From Aulosira sp. ZfuVER01 (lineage in GTDB: Bacteria; Cyanobacteriota; Cyanobacteriia; Cyanobacteriales; Nostocaceae), in contig JAVRCV020000051.1 in the NCBI GenBank assembly GCA_034530615.2, positions 32,001 to 96,000 on the forward strand: DNA of 64,000 nucleotides, given 5' to 3'. Every line of letters starts with the position of its first letter. Positions within the stretch are counted from its first letter, which is position 1. A model generated the notes under the pieces. It saw only the letters and a program-made list of their open reading frames with translations, had not been told where the DNA came from and made no database searches. Positions 18,240 to 28,108 of the stretch are shown here, one piece after another. The position numbers were made by a program, and so were the translations under genes.

Positions 18240-20159
18240 ATGCAAACTCAAGACAGGGTAACAGTCAATCAAGTCGCAGCGGCGATCGCAGCCAGCCAAA
18301 AACATCTGCTGTCAATTCAAAATTCATCAGGTTACTGGTGGGCAGAGTTAGAATCTAATGTCACTATTACTGCTGAAGCTGTTCTACTGCATAAAATTTG
18401 GGGCACAGATAGCACCAGACCCTTACACAAAGTGGAAACCTACCTGCGTCATCAACAACGCCAGCATGGAGGTTGGGAACTGTTCTATGGGGATGGGGGA
18501 GAACTGAGTACTTCGGTGGAAGCTTACATGGCTTTGAGACTCCTGGGTGTGCCAGCTAGCGATCCCGCAATGCTCAAGGCTAAAGCTTTTATTCTCCAAC
18601 GTGGTGGCATCAGTAAAACTCGCATCTTTACTAAGTTACACCTAGCTCTCATTGGCTGCTATGACTGGCGCGGTATTCCCTCCCTACCACCCTGGATTAT
18701 GCTTTTGCCTAATGCTTTCCCCGTCAACATCTATGAAATGTCGAGTTGGGCGAGATCGAGTACTGTACCGCTGTTGATTGTCTGTGACAGTAAACCTGTT
18801 TATCTGATTGACCCAGCCATCAACCTAGACGAACTGTATGCTGAAGGTCGCGATCGCGTCCAGTGGGAATTACCCCGGAGTGGCGATTGGACAGATTTAT
18901 TCATCACCCTCGATCGAGGATTCAAGTTGGCAGAAAGCTTGAATTTAGTTCCCTTCCGTGAAGAAAGCATCAAAGCCGCAGAAAAATGGATTTTAGATCG
19001 GCAAGAAGCTACAGGTGACTGGGGTGGAATTATTCCGGCCATGCTCAATTCCCTGTTAGCCTTGCGCTGTTTGGGTTATGACCCAGCCGACCCAATTGTA
19101 GAACGGGGATTAAAAGCAGTCGATAACTTTGCCATTGAAACCGCAGATAGCTACTGCGTCCAGCCTTGTGTTTCACCAGTTTGGGATACAGCCTGGGCAA
19201 TTCGTGCCTTAGTAGATTCTGGTTTTGCCCCAGATCATCCCGCGATCGTGCAGGCGGGAGAATGGTTAATCGACAAGCAAATTCTCGACTATGGAGATTG
19301 GTATGTCAAAAATCGCCAAGGAAAACCAGGTGCTTGGGCATTTGAGTTTGACAATCGCTTTTACCCAGACGTAGACGATTCTGCTGTTGTGGTAATGGCG
19401 CTACATCAGGCGAAACTCCCCAATGAAAAATTAAAGCAAGCTGCGATCGCCCGCGCCTTAAACTGGATTGCGACTATGCAGTGTAAACCAGGTGGTTGGG
19501 CAGCTTTTGACCTTGACAACGATCAAGATTGGCTCAACGCTATACCCTACGGCGATTTGAAAGCCATGATCGACCCGAACACAGCAGATGTCACTGCCAG
19601 GGTACTAGAAATGCTGGGTGCTTGTGACCTATCAATAGATAATCAAAACTTTGAGAAAGCGATCGCTTATATTCTCCGCGAACAAGAATCAGAAGGCTGT
19701 TGGTTTGGTCGTTGGGGAGTAAATTATATTTATGGTACTAGTGGCGTTATTTCAGCCTTAGCCTTAGTTGCGCCGCAAACTCAGCAAAAGAGTATCGAAC
19801 GGGGAGCCGCTTGGCTAGTTAGCTGCCAAAATCCTGACGGTGGTTGGGGCGAAACTTGCCTCACATATAACGATCCTAGCCTTAAAGGACAAGGAACTAG
19901 TACAGCATCCCAAACAGCTTGGGCTTTAATTGGACTAATCGCCGCAGGTGAATCCACTGGCAAATTCGCTCATGATGCCATTGAAAAAGGAATCAGCTAC
20001 CTTTTAGCAAACCAAAAGCCAGATGGTACTTGGTTCGAGGCGTACTTTACAGGTACAGGCTTCCCCTGCCATTTCTATCTGAAATATCACCTCTATCAAC
20101 AGTATTTCCCTTTAATCGCTCTCGGTCGCTACCGCTCAGTTTTAGAAGCTAGGGGATAG
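18240..20159 (+). CDS. shc: Squalene-hopene cyclase
   Basis: YPDVDDSA (DXDD), QW repeats, GRWGVNYIYGT, FTGTGFP. Confidence 0.98.
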   Translation: MQTQDRVTVNQVAAAIAASQKHLLSIQNSSGYWWAELESNVTITAEAVLLHKIWGTDSTRPLHKVETYLRHQQRQHGGWELFYGDGGELSTSVEAYMALRLLGVPASDPAMLKAKAFILQRGGISKTRIFTKLHLALIGCYDWRGIPSLPPWIMLLPNAFPVNIYEMSSWARSSTVPLLIVCDSKPVYLIDPAINLDELYAEGRDRVQWELPRSGDWTDLFITLDRGFKLAESLNLVPFREESIKAAEKWILDRQEATGDWGGIIPAMLNSLLALRCLGYDPADPIVERGLKAVDNFAIETADSYCVQPCVSPVWDTAWAIRALVDSGFAPDHPAIVQAGEWLIDKQILDYGDWYVKNRQGKPGAWAFEFDNRFYPDVDDSAVVVMALHQAKLPNEKLKQAAIARALNWIATMQCKPGGWAAFDLDNDQDWLNAIPYGDLKAMIDPNTADVTARVLEMLGACDLSIDNQNFEKAIAYILREQESEGCWFGRWGVNYIYGTSGVISALALVAPQTQQKSIERGAAWLVSCQNPDGGWGETCLTYNDPSLKGQGTSTASQTAWALIGLIAAGESTGKFAHDAIEKGISYLLANQKPDGTWFEAYFTGTGFPCHFYLKYHLYQQYFPLIALGRYRSVLEARG

Positions 20160-20305
20160 GGGAAGAGGCAGAGGGGTAGGGCGCAGAGGGAGATGAGGGA
20201 GACAGGGAGGACAATGAGGACAAGGGGGAAATAACAAATGACCAATGCCCCTTGCCCCATGCCCAATGCCCAATGCCCAATTACAAATGACAAATGACAA
20301 ATGAC
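20150..20305. repeat. STRR cluster
   Basis: GGGGACAAG-type, (CCCAATG)n and (CAAATGA)n units. Confidence 0.85.
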
Positions 20306-20693
20306 AAACCTAATCGAATACGAACAAGCCAGCGATGAAGTCCAGGCGGTATATGATGATATCCGCACCACACGACAGACTGAATATATCAACAATTTTT
20401 GGAAAGCGATCGCCAACCATCCTCCGACTCTGCAACGCACTTGGCAAGCAGTCAAGGAAGTGATGACTAGCCCTGGTGAGATCGATCCGCTAATGCGCGA
20501 ACTCATTTACATCGCCGTGAGTGTGACAAATGGCTGTGATTATTGCATTGCCTCACACTCAGCATCAGGGCGTGCTAAGGGGATGAGCGATACTATGTTT
20601 GGTGAACTTTTGGCGATCGTTGCTACCGCGAACATGACTAATCGCCTTGCTGATGGTTATAAAATTCCTGTGGATGAGCAATTTAAGACGTAG
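20301..20693 (+). CDS. Carboxymuconolactone decarboxylase/AhpD family protein
   Basis: RELIYIAVSVTNGCDYCIASH (CxxC-H). Confidence 0.9.
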   Translation: MTNLIEYEQASDEVQAVYDDIRTTRQTEYINNFWKAIANHPPTLQRTWQAVKEVMTSPGEIDPLMRELIYIAVSVTNGCDYCIASHSASGRAKGMSDTMFGELLAIVATANMTNRLADGYKIPVDEQFKT

Positions 20694-20919
20694 GAATTTC
20701 AACCTCTCGCATAAATTGATTTTTTGGATATCAAACCACAGATAAACACAGATAAATATCGGTGTACATCTGTGGTTCCTTTTCTTGCTATTCCTATTTT
20801 TGCAAGAGACTCCATGACCTGCGCTTACAAGGGACAATAAAAATCAATCTTTCCATGCCCAATGCCCAATGCCCAATGCCCATTGCCCATTGCTCATTTT
20901 TAAGGCAGTCTATTCTCTA

Positions 20920-21795
20920 TCACCCTAAACCTAGATGATTTTGCAGTGCTTGACGCATTACATCTACAGGTACAGTTTCTTGCTGTAACCAGATTTTTAA
21001 GGCGGCCGCACCTTGTTGAACTAGCATTTCTAAACCATCGATCGCTATTGCACCTTTTTCCTGGGCGATTTGGAGAAACTGCGTCGGTTGAGGAATATAT
21101 ATCAAATCGTAAGCGATCGCTCCTGTTGGTAACTTGGCTATTTCCGCCGCACTCAAAGGCGATTCATCAACTTTGGGATACATTCCTATTGGAGTTGTAT
21201 TGACTAACAAATTTCCTTGGGGAATCAGTTTCCCTAATTTATCCCATGTATGAACTTGCAAATTTGTGGCTAGTGAAGAATCATCCCAACTAGCATAAAA
21301 TTCTTCTAATCTCTGCTGACTGCGCCCTACAACGTGAATCTCGGCAAATCCTAGTTGGTGACAACCTGCAACAACTGCTCTCGCCGCGCCGCCGTTACCT
21401 AAAATTACCGCTGCTTTCTGGCTCCAATCTTGGTGATATGTGGTTTGCAAAGGGGCGATAAATCCTTCTATATCTGTGTTTGTACCTACCCATTTGTTAT
21501 CTTGACGACTAACAGTATTCACTGCGCCGATAGCTTGGGCAATGGGGGTAATTTCTGCTAACAATGGCATAATTGCCTGTTTGTGAGGGATAGTGACACT
21601 AAAACCAACAACCCCAACAGCCGCAAAACCTGCGATTGCTATTTCTAAATTCTCTGGTGCTATAGGAAAAGGAAGATAAACATAATCTAATCCCAATTGA
21701 GCGATCGCTGCATTGTGCATCACTGGTGATAAGGAATGTTCCACCGGATGCCCAATCACTCCTAAAAGTTTAGTTTTGCCTGTAATCTGCAACAT
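20920..21795 (-). CDS. aroE: Shikimate dehydrogenase
   Basis: GHPVEHSLSPVMHN, SVTIPHK, GAVNT, NTDIEGF, GNGGAARA. Confidence 0.96.
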   Translation of the reverse strand: MLQITGKTKLLGVIGHPVEHSLSPVMHNAAIAQLGLDYVYLPFPIAPENLEIAIAGFAAVGVVGFSVTIPHKQAIMPLLAEITPIAQAIGAVNTVSRQDNKWVGTNTDIEGFIAPLQTTYHQDWSQKAAVILGNGGAARAVVAGCHQLGFAEIHVVGRSQQRLEEFYASWDDSSLATNLQVHTWDKLGKLIPQGNLLVNTTPIGMYPKVDESPLSAAEIAKLPTGAIAYDLIYIPQPTQFLQIAQEKGAIAIDGLEMLVQQGAAALKIWLQQETVPVDVMRQALQNHLGLG

Positions 21796-21855
21796 ACTTT
21801 GTCAGCCAGTGACTTCTCGCCTCTGGGCAATTTATCACAACTTTGGTGGCATTAT

Positions 21856-24018
21856 TTAGACATCTCTTTTAAATGATTGCAGAATTTCCATCAGCGTATT
21901 TTGGCTACTGCGTTCTGGCTCATGCTTACGGGGGCGACGTTGGATATAGGAACCATCGGATTGCAGATCCCAAGCTTGGCGATTGTCTGCCAGCATAATC
22001 TCCAAAATGTCTTGTAAAGTTTGCGAAATTTTGGGATCTTCCACTGGTGTTACAGCTTCTACCCGTCGATCTAAGTTGCGCGGCATCCAATCCGCACTAC
22101 CGATGTACACTTCATTTTGCCCGTTATTGTGGAAGTGAAAGATCCGAGAGTGCTCTAAAAAGCGGCCAATAATGCTGATGACGCGGATGTTTTCGCTGAT
22201 TTCTGGTACTCCCGGACGCAAACAGCACGTACCGCGAACAATTAGATCAATTTGGACTCCCGATTGCGATGCGGCGTAGAGGCTGGTAATAATTTGCGGA
22301 TCTACCAGAGAATTCATTTTGGCAACGATTCGGCCTGTTTTCCCATTTTTGCAGTGTTCAATTTCGCGGCGAATCAAGGCGATCGTGCGATCGCGCATAC
22401 TTACAGGTGATACTAGCAGCTTGCGGTAACAAGGCTGATAGGCATAGCCAGTTAAATAATTAAATAAATCAGTTAAATCTGCACCTATGTCTTCTCGACA
22501 AGTAAAAAGTCCTAAATCGGTGTATAACTTTGCTGTTTTCGGATTGTAGTTGCCAGTGCCAATATGAACATAGCGACGAAGTTTTTCTCCTTCTCGACGC
22601 ACCACCAAGACAATTTTGGTGTGAGTTTTCAGCCCTATCAAGCCATATACAACATGAATTCCTGACTTTTCTAATATTTGCGCCCAGGTAATGTTATTTT
22701 CTTCATCAAAACGGGCTTTTAATTCTACAAGAACTGTAACTTGCTTGCCACTTTCTGCTGCTGCAATCAAAGATTGAAAAATCTCCGAATCTCCAGAACA
22801 ACGATAAAGTGTCATTTTAATTGCCAGTACATGAGCATCACACGCCGCTTGCGCGATAAATTCCTCTACAGAGGCGGTAAAAGATTCGTAGGGATGATGT
22901 ACTAACAAATCATTTTGTTGAATTATCGAGAAAATATTTTCTCTTGCTGCTGCTTTTTTTAATTTAGTTATTTGTTTGGATTGATGAATATCATGTAGCC
23001 GAGGTGGAATTATTGGCGTCCAAGGTGGATCTTTCAATTCTGGTAATTGCAAAGCCATGAACGACATTAAATCCTTTAAATTTAACAGTCCATCTATTTC
23101 ATAAACATCATTCTCAGTCAGTTCCATTTCTGGGCATAACATTTGTCGCACATACTCAGGCATTGAAGGTTGAATTTCTAATCGGACTACACAACCGCGA
23201 AAATGTCGCCCACGTAACTCCTGCTGAATTGCTAATAGTAAGTCATCTGCTTCTTCTTTGGCTACTGCTAAATCTGCCTTACGAGTGAGTCGAAATAGAT
23301 GATATTCTTGCACAACCATGCCAGGAAATAAGGTTTCTAGATTGTGCGCAACTACCTGTTCTATTGGTACACCCATCCAATGATTTACTGTGCCATTTTG
23401 TGGTTCTAAATCTTGAGGTAACTCAATAAATCGCGGCAGAATATCTGGCACTTTGACTTTAGCAAACTTTTGTTTTTCTGTGGTTGGATCTTTGACAACT
23501 ACTGCCAAATTGATGCTGAGATTAGCCATTCGCGGGAAGGGATGGCTAGGATCTACTGCTAAGGGTGTCAGAACTGGAAAAATTCGCTGTTTAAATAAGT
23601 TTTGTAGGTAAGAACGCTGTTCTAAACTGATATCTGTGTAATTGAGCAGATAAATCCCATTAGATGCCATTTCTGAACGCAGCACCTGCTCAAAGTGGTG
23701 ATGCTGCTGCATTACCATTGGACGCAATACTTGTGCGATCGCTTCTAATTGTTCTTGTGGAGTCAAACCATCTGGCGTTCGTTTACTTACCTGCGCTTGG
23801 ACTTGCTCTTTGAGAATTGCTACGCGAATCATGAAATATTCATCTAAATTAGAACTGAAGATGGCAGTAAATTTTAGTCTTTCTAATAAGGGTGTACGCA
23901 GATCCAACGCTTCATGTAAAACCCGCCGATTAAATTCTAACCAACTTAACTCTCGATTAAAGTAATATTGGGGGTCACTCAAGTTAATAGCTGTAGTTAT
24001 CTGTTTAGCTTTGACCAT
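21856..24018 (-). CDS. ppk1: Polyphosphate kinase 1
   Basis: NRELSWLEFN, ELKARFDEENN, LKTHTK, HIGTGNYN, GRFLEHSR, SADWMPRNLDRRVE. Confidence 0.96.
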   Translation of the reverse strand: MVKAKQITTAINLSDPQYYFNRELSWLEFNRRVLHEALDLRTPLLERLKFTAIFSSNLDEYFMIRVAILKEQVQAQVSKRTPDGLTPQEQLEAIAQVLRPMVMQQHHHFEQVLRSEMASNGIYLLNYTDISLEQRSYLQNLFKQRIFPVLTPLAVDPSHPFPRMANLSINLAVVVKDPTTEKQKFAKVKVPDILPRFIELPQDLEPQNGTVNHWMGVPIEQVVAHNLETLFPGMVVQEYHLFRLTRKADLAVAKEEADDLLLAIQQELRGRHFRGCVVRLEIQPSMPEYVRQMLCPEMELTENDVYEIDGLLNLKDLMSFMALQLPELKDPPWTPIIPPRLHDIHQSKQITKLKKAAARENIFSIIQQNDLLVHHPYESFTASVEEFIAQAACDAHVLAIKMTLYRCSGDSEIFQSLIAAAESGKQVTVLVELKARFDEENNITWAQILEKSGIHVVYGLIGLKTHTKIVLVVRREGEKLRRYVHIGTGNYNPKTAKLYTDLGLFTCREDIGADLTDLFNYLTGYAYQPCYRKLLVSPVSMRDRTIALIRREIEHCKNGKTGRIVAKMNSLVDPQIITSLYAASQSGVQIDLIVRGTCCLRPGVPEISENIRVISIIGRFLEHSRIFHFHNNGQNEVYIGSADWMPRNLDRRVEAVTPVEDPKISQTLQDILEIMLADNRQAWDLQSDGSYIQRRPRKHEPERSSQNTLMEILQSFKRDV

Positions 24019-24332
24019 ATTAATTTATTCAGAGAAAAATTTTGGAAAATATAGATAAAGCTTCTACTTTATATCGCTCAGATTGATAGATTATTTTATG
24101 TTTTACACAGAAGATTTATAAGAGTTAAATTGTGGTTGATTCAGGTATAGTAAATATATTTTCAATCTTTTAAGACTAATTGAAAATTAATAACTATTTA
24201 TTAGCCTGCAAATATTTAAAAATTTTTTATTTATAAAATTAATTAGTATTTTGATTATTTTCTGCTTATTTATCAAAGGAATTTTTCCAAATTAATTTTG
24301 ACATTGCTGTCACTAACTAGATTCTTTGTAAT

Positions 24333-24362
24333 TAATTAACATGAGGTTAAGCAAAGGTTAAG
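24333..24362 (-). promoter_or_regulatory. Cyanobacterial Pho box (SphR/PhoB site) upstream of ppk1
   Basis: Minus strand reads CTTAACCT-TTG-CTTAACCT-CAT-GTTAATTA, i.e. YTTAAYYW repeats at an 11-bp period. Confidence 0.7.
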
Positions 24363-24582
24363 TAAGCCTTGATTTTATATCAACTTTGCTAATGTAAGCT
24401 TTTTTACATAGACAACTAGCGTCGAATAAAAAATGTTTTTTTATGCGAACTAATAGAAGATAAAATGCCAGCCAATTTTTATAGCATATATAAGCTCAAA
24501 TGTTCGATTGAAGATGAACAAAACTAATACTAAATATTAATTTTTAACTTTATTTATCCAATATTTGATAGCAATGAATCTA

Positions 24583-24598
24583 TGTAATAAATATTACA
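24583..24598. promoter_or_regulatory. Candidate NtcA box
   Basis: TGTA-ATAAATAT-TACA (GTA-N8-TAC); the AT-rich context raises the chance of a random match. Confidence 0.35.
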
Positions 24599-24729
24599 CA
24601 ATAAACCTATTTGACTGTAGGCTAACTAAACCTAAAAAGTTGATGGTTAATGTTGGTTTTCCCGACCTTAAACCGAACCTAGTTACTGGATTACAATGAT
24701 TAAAAGCTACTTCACATTTCTTTAGAATC

Positions 24730-25665
24730 ATGCAGGCAATTACAGCCCCCTCTACAACCCCAATTCCTGGACAATACTGGCAGTGGCGAGGGCATAAAGT
24801 TTACTATGTACGAGCCGGAGAACAACATCCGCAACGTCCGCCTTTGTTATTAGTACATGGATTTGGTGCTTCTACAGACCACTGGCGCAAAAACATTACA
24901 GAACTAAGCCAAGATTTTCAAGTATTTGCAATTGATTTATTAGGATTTGGACGTTCAGCCAAACCTAAATTGCAGTACGGTGGTGACTTGTGGCGTGACC
25001 AACTTTACGACTTTATCAGTGAAATTATTGGTCAAAAAGCAGTTTTAGTAGGTAACTCCCTTGGTGGCTATGCTTCCTTGTGTGTTGCAGCACAACGGCC
25101 TGATAGTGCTGCTGGGGTAGTCTTGTTAAATAGTGCGGGGCCCTTTAACGAACAGCCAACATCTGAACCTGAAGCTTTGCAAACACAAATTCAGCCTCCC
25201 AAACAAGAATCGGGATTGCAAAAGTTGCTGGGTGAAAGCGTGAAGTGGATGTTTCAGCAACCTTTAGCGCAGTTTTTATTATTTCAATACGTGCGACAGC
25301 GTTGGGTAATTCGCCAAACCCTAGAAAAAGTTTATTTGGATAAGAGTGCAATTACAGACCAATTGATAGAAGAAATTTATCGGCCTGCTTATGATGCAGG
25401 CGCATTCGATGTATTTGTCTCCGTGTTTAGTAGTCCCCAAGGAGAAAAAGTGGATGTACTGCTAAAGCAATTAACTTGTGGTTTATTGTTATTATGGGGA
25501 GAAGCTGACCCTTGGATGAATGCTAGAGAGCGTTCCCAGAAGTTTCGCCAATATTATCCACAACTGCAAGAACATTTTCTCATGGCAGGTCATTGTCCCC
25601 ATGATGAAATACCAGAGCAAGTAAACTCTCTTTTGAAAGATTGGGTGTTGTCACTTCCTCAGTAA
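24730..25665 (+). CDS. Alpha/beta-fold hydrolase
   Basis: LLVHGFGAS, GNSLGG, AGHCPHDE. Confidence 0.92.
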   Translation: MQAITAPSTTPIPGQYWQWRGHKVYYVRAGEQHPQRPPLLLVHGFGASTDHWRKNITELSQDFQVFAIDLLGFGRSAKPKLQYGGDLWRDQLYDFISEIIGQKAVLVGNSLGGYASLCVAAQRPDSAAGVVLLNSAGPFNEQPTSEPEALQTQIQPPKQESGLQKLLGESVKWMFQQPLAQFLLFQYVRQRWVIRQTLEKVYLDKSAITDQLIEEIYRPAYDAGAFDVFVSVFSSPQGEKVDVLLKQLTCGLLLLWGEADPWMNARERSQKFRQYYPQLQEHFLMAGHCPHDEIPEQVNSLLKDWVLSLPQ

Positions 25666-25699
25666 ATCACAAAACAATTTTAAGTATTCCATACACAAT

Positions 25700-25723
25700 A
25701 AAAGCCTGCACAAGCAGGCTTTT
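25700..25723. terminator. Bidirectional intrinsic terminator
   Basis: AAAAGCCTGC-ACAA-GCAGGCTTTT between convergent genes. Confidence 0.75.
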
Positions 25724-25770
25724 AAATAGCAAAATATCCTGATTTTTCAGTAGCAAATTCCTGTTAGCTA

Positions 25771-26205
25771 TTACTTATTGAGGGCGTATTGTCGAAACCT
25801 TTCTAAATCGGCTTGAATTGTTGACTCAACAACTCTCCCCAAAAACAAGTTATCCATAATTTTGCCAAGAAAGCCAGGGATAGCGTAGGAAATAGTCATT
25901 TTGACAATACTACTACCGTGGCGATCGTAAAAGCGAATCGCGCCTTGATTTGGCAAGCCATCAATCGATTCCCATTGGATAATCTGATTGGGTATAACTT
26001 TGAGAATCCGGGATTTCCAGGTAAAATCCAGACCGCCAGTACTCAGCTTCCAAATAGATATCTCTGGATCGTCAGGCGATATTTTCACAGAATCAATCCA
26101 CTTCATCCATTTGGGCATTTGCTCCAAATCAGACCAGAGACTCCATACTAAATCAATAGGAGCCTCAACCTCGACCTGTACACTATGCTCTAGCCAGTCT
26201 GACAT
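25771..26205 (-). CDS. SRPBCC/polyketide cyclase family protein
   Basis: WLEHSVQVEV..P...VWSLWSDLEQMPKWM; downstream of zds. Confidence 0.88.
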   Translation of the reverse strand: MSDWLEHSVQVEVEAPIDLVWSLWSDLEQMPKWMKWIDSVKISPDDPEISIWKLSTGGLDFTWKSRILKVIPNQIIQWESIDGLPNQGAIRFYDRHGSSIVKMTISYAIPGFLGKIMDNLFLGRVVESTIQADLERFRQYALNK

Positions 26206-26247
26206 TTTGTTTCCTTCCTCTACGTCCTCTATCGCCTCGCGCGGTTC

Positions 26248-27687
26248 TTATTGCTTCAAATTTTCCAAAATCACTTTTGCCGCACGTCGCCCGGAAATTG
26301 TTGCTCCCTCCATGCTATCGATATAGTCTTGCTGAGTATAACTCCCTGCCAAAAAGAAATTAGGAACTGGTGTCTTTTGGTTGGGACGGTACACATCCAT
26401 CCCTGGTGCTTCTCGGTAAAGAGACTGGGCAAGTTTTACTACGTTGTACCAAGTCATATTTAACTCTCGTGACGAGGGGAAGAGTTCATGCACTTGCCCA
26501 AGAACGTGCTGGGCGATCGCTTCATTGCTTTGTTTGATAAACGGATCTCCCGGTGTTAGCACTAACTGCAACAAAGAACCCTGTCCTGGGCGATAATAAT
26601 CAGCAGGGCTAGCTAACGCCAAATCTGCAAAGCATGAGAAATCAGCATCGGCGGTGTAGAGCAAGTTATCTATACCCGCTGCATGATTTAGCTGCTTGCG
26701 TTGCTCTCCATCTTGTAGTTCTGTTACCCAACCATCAAACCTTAGCTGTACTGTGGCAACGGGCACGGCATCTAGTTTGTAGATGTTGTCAAATTCTGAC
26801 CACTTACGCCACTGTTGAGGTATGATGCGTTGAATCCCAGGTACATCACAGGCAAAGACGTAGGCATCAGCAGTAATTACTTCTTCTGTATCACCTTGGG
26901 CAACCACTATACCCGTAACCTGGGTTTGTTCCCCTTGTTCTGCAAACTGAATTTCCCGCACTTGCCGACGGGTGTAAACTTGAGTGCCTCTAGCTGCCAA
27001 ATATTCCAAGATGGGTTTGTGCAGGTATTCATGTGGGGAACCTTCCAGCATCCGCATTATTGAGGCTTCAGTCTTAACTGCAAAAAACTGAAAGATTGTC
27101 AACATACAACGGGCGGAAATGTTTTCGCAATCAATAAATCCCAAGGCGTAAGCGATAGGGTTCCACATCCGCTTAATGCTACCTTCATTACCACCGTGAC
27201 TGCGAAACCAGTCAGCAAAGCTGATTTTATCTAAGTCACGAATGGTTTTCATCGCCCTATCAAAGTCCACCAAACCCCGAACGATGGGGCTAGTGCCTAG
27301 GGCGATCGCATTTTGCAATTTATCCTGTAATGATAGTTGAGAAGTAGTAAAAAATGCCTTTAACCCATTAAAAGGCGCACCAGTGAAGAAACGAAAATCT
27401 AAAGCACCGGTGCGCCCTCCTTTGTTGATAAAAGTGTGGGTATGTTCTTTAAGGCGTAGATTATCTAACGCCCCTACCTTCTTCATCAAGTCAAATAGCT
27501 GATAGTAGCAGCCAAAAAACACGTGCAACCCCATTTCAATATGGTTGCCATCGCCATCTACCCAACTACTAACTTTTCCACCAACAAATGGACGGGACTC
27601 AAAAATCTGTACTTCACAGCCAGCATCAGCTAAATCTACGGCAGTTGCTAGCCCTGCCAGTCCCGCACCTACGATTGCAACGCGCAT
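26248..27687 (-). CDS. crtQ: Zeta-carotene desaturase
   Basis: [42 protein letters not shown]. Confidence 0.95.
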   Translation of the reverse strand: MRVAIVGAGLAGLATAVDLADAGCEVQIFESRPFVGGKVSSWVDGDGNHIEMGLHVFFGCYYQLFDLMKKVGALDNLRLKEHTHTFINKGGRTGALDFRFFTGAPFNGLKAFFTTSQLSLQDKLQNAIALGTSPIVRGLVDFDRAMKTIRDLDKISFADWFRSHGGNEGSIKRMWNPIAYALGFIDCENISARCMLTIFQFFAVKTEASIMRMLEGSPHEYLHKPILEYLAARGTQVYTRRQVREIQFAEQGEQTQVTGIVVAQGDTEEVITADAYVFACDVPGIQRIIPQQWRKWSEFDNIYKLDAVPVATVQLRFDGWVTELQDGEQRKQLNHAAGIDNLLYTADADFSCFADLALASPADYYRPGQGSLLQLVLTPGDPFIKQSNEAIAQHVLGQVHELFPSSRELNMTWYNVVKLAQSLYREAPGMDVYRPNQKTPVPNFFLAGSYTQQDYIDSMEGATISGRRAAKVILENLKQ

Positions 27688-27937
27688 TCCGTCGTTCCTT
27701 TTCAGTTTCTTTACAGATTGTAACTGTCTTGGTGTCGGAATTTGCTACTCAATATTCAGTCGATTAGCACTATGGAGGTATAAGGGTGTTCTATTACATA
27801 CTCTGGTCTGCCAAGAGTTTTCAGTAACGAGTAATACCTCATAAAATAGCTCAAGTCTAGGCATTGAGTTACTCAGTACTTACTTTGTAACAACTGAATT
27901 AAAACAAGTATTTAAAGTATTGTTGGCAAACACCTTC

Positions 27938-28108
27938 CTACTTGCTGAGTTCTCTAGTATCTTCAGAGACAGGTAAACCTCTAATCAGTTCCCGAATGAC
28001 ATCGGTTGCTGGTCTACCAGTCTGCTGACAATATTGTTCCAGTTTTTCAGCTTCTTGTGCTGCGAGATTAACTGTTATACGTTTTACGGCCCACTTTTTA
28101 TTTGTCAT
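27938..28108 (-). CDS. CopG-like ribbon-helix-helix protein, 56 aa (absent from ORF track)
   Basis: Manual translation: MTNKKWAVKRITVNLAAQEAEKLEQYCQQTGRPATDVIRELIRGLPVSEDTRELSK. Confidence 0.82.
   Translation of the reverse strand: MTNKKWAVKRITVNLAAQEAEKLEQYCQQTGRPATDVIRELIRGLPVSEDTRELSK

Noticed and set aside
20129..20506. 125-aa minus-strand ORF
   Set aside because: Translation of STRR repeats (ICHLSFVIGHWALG) and antisense of the AhpD-like gene.
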